From assembly GCF_001194135.2 (NCBI RefSeq), contig NC_068981.1:41064054-41117030 (forward strand): a stretch of DNA of 52,977 bases, in the 5' to 3' direction. A program made the position numbers and the translations under genes. This document shows, one piece after another, positions 52,386-52,977 of this stretch. This DNA is from Octopus bimaculoides (Eukaryota). The stretch's first letter is position 1. Every line of letters starts with the position of its first letter. The notes beneath the pieces are model-generated. The model saw only the letters and a program-made list of their open reading frames with translations, made no database searches and had not been told where the DNA came from.

Positions 52386-52890
52386 GTAATGTATAGATAT
52401 TCTGCATTTTCTTGCAAATATTGGAGTTTAACTTGTATTTATAAATTCAATGATTATTTTTCCTTTATATTTTACAAATGATTTTCCCTACAACCATTGG
52501 CTTACTTGTTGCTGCAGATATCATCTGTTGGCTTTACAGTTTTATTTTCTACTTAACTGAATGATCACTAATCATTTCTTATCAAGCAAATCATATAGAA
52601 GCATCCAGTTTAACATGAATTATTTGTCCATGAACTCAGTACCAGATATGATATAGGTTAGGATGAATACCTCACTGATATTTAATTAATCCTAACTGGA
52701 AAATTAGTTTATCATTATCTTCAGAGCTAATTTGCTATTGTTTTGAAGTTATTAATTATTGAGGTGATCCCATTAAGCAGCATTCTGGGTAAGAGTTTTC
52801 TACTTTAGCGTTTCATTGACTAAAGCCTAGTAAGTAAAATTTTGGAAACAGAAAATGTGGGGAATCCCATTGAAGGAATATAATCAGTTG

Positions 52891-52977
52891 GACTGGCTCA
52901 TGTGCGGGCGACACATGATATCTTTCGAGCGGGATCGTTTGCCAGTGCCCCCAGACTGGCTCATGTGCGGGTGACAC
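52891..52977 (+). mobile_element. Start of another RTE 3' UTR tandem-unit block, cut by the window edge
   Basis: gactggctcatgtgcggg repeated at a 63-nt period; same unit as at position 1. Confidence 0.75.

Overview
Eukaryotic, AT-rich, intron-rich DNA. The repeat landscape (RTE LINEs with (GAT)n tails, tRNA-derived SINEs) looks like an octopus or other coleoid cephalopod; this is inferred from recognised repeats, not proven. Two protein-coding genes lie in tandem on the + strand. (1) The last 20 coding exons of GLG1 (Golgi glycoprotein 1 / ESL-1 / MG-160) span 510-34071. They encode 846 aa of Cys-rich GLG1 repeats, a TM helix and a basic tail, all GT-AG and phase-consistent. (2) The first 6 coding exons of the kinesin-3 KIF14 span 41201-52385 (278 codons, running off the window), preceded by a CpG-richer promoter with E2F-, NF-Y-, YY1- and TATA-like motifs. 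Introns hold many decayed transposons: RTE and CR1/L2-type LINE fragments, several SINEs, a TA-flanked mariner relic, two hAT-type MITEs with 8-bp TSDs and a possible Helitron-like element. Best leads: a ~128-bp inverted repeat at 14119-14483 whose arms carry a minimal hammerhead ribozyme (intact antisense, broken in sense) around a tRNA-like head; a C4HC3 PHD finger inside the RTE ORF2; a second ~180-nt hairpin; a candidate in-frame 30-nt GLG1 micro-exon; and a candidate divergent transcript upstream of KIF14. All translations and alignments were done by eye and protein comparisons are from memory; no database searches were run.
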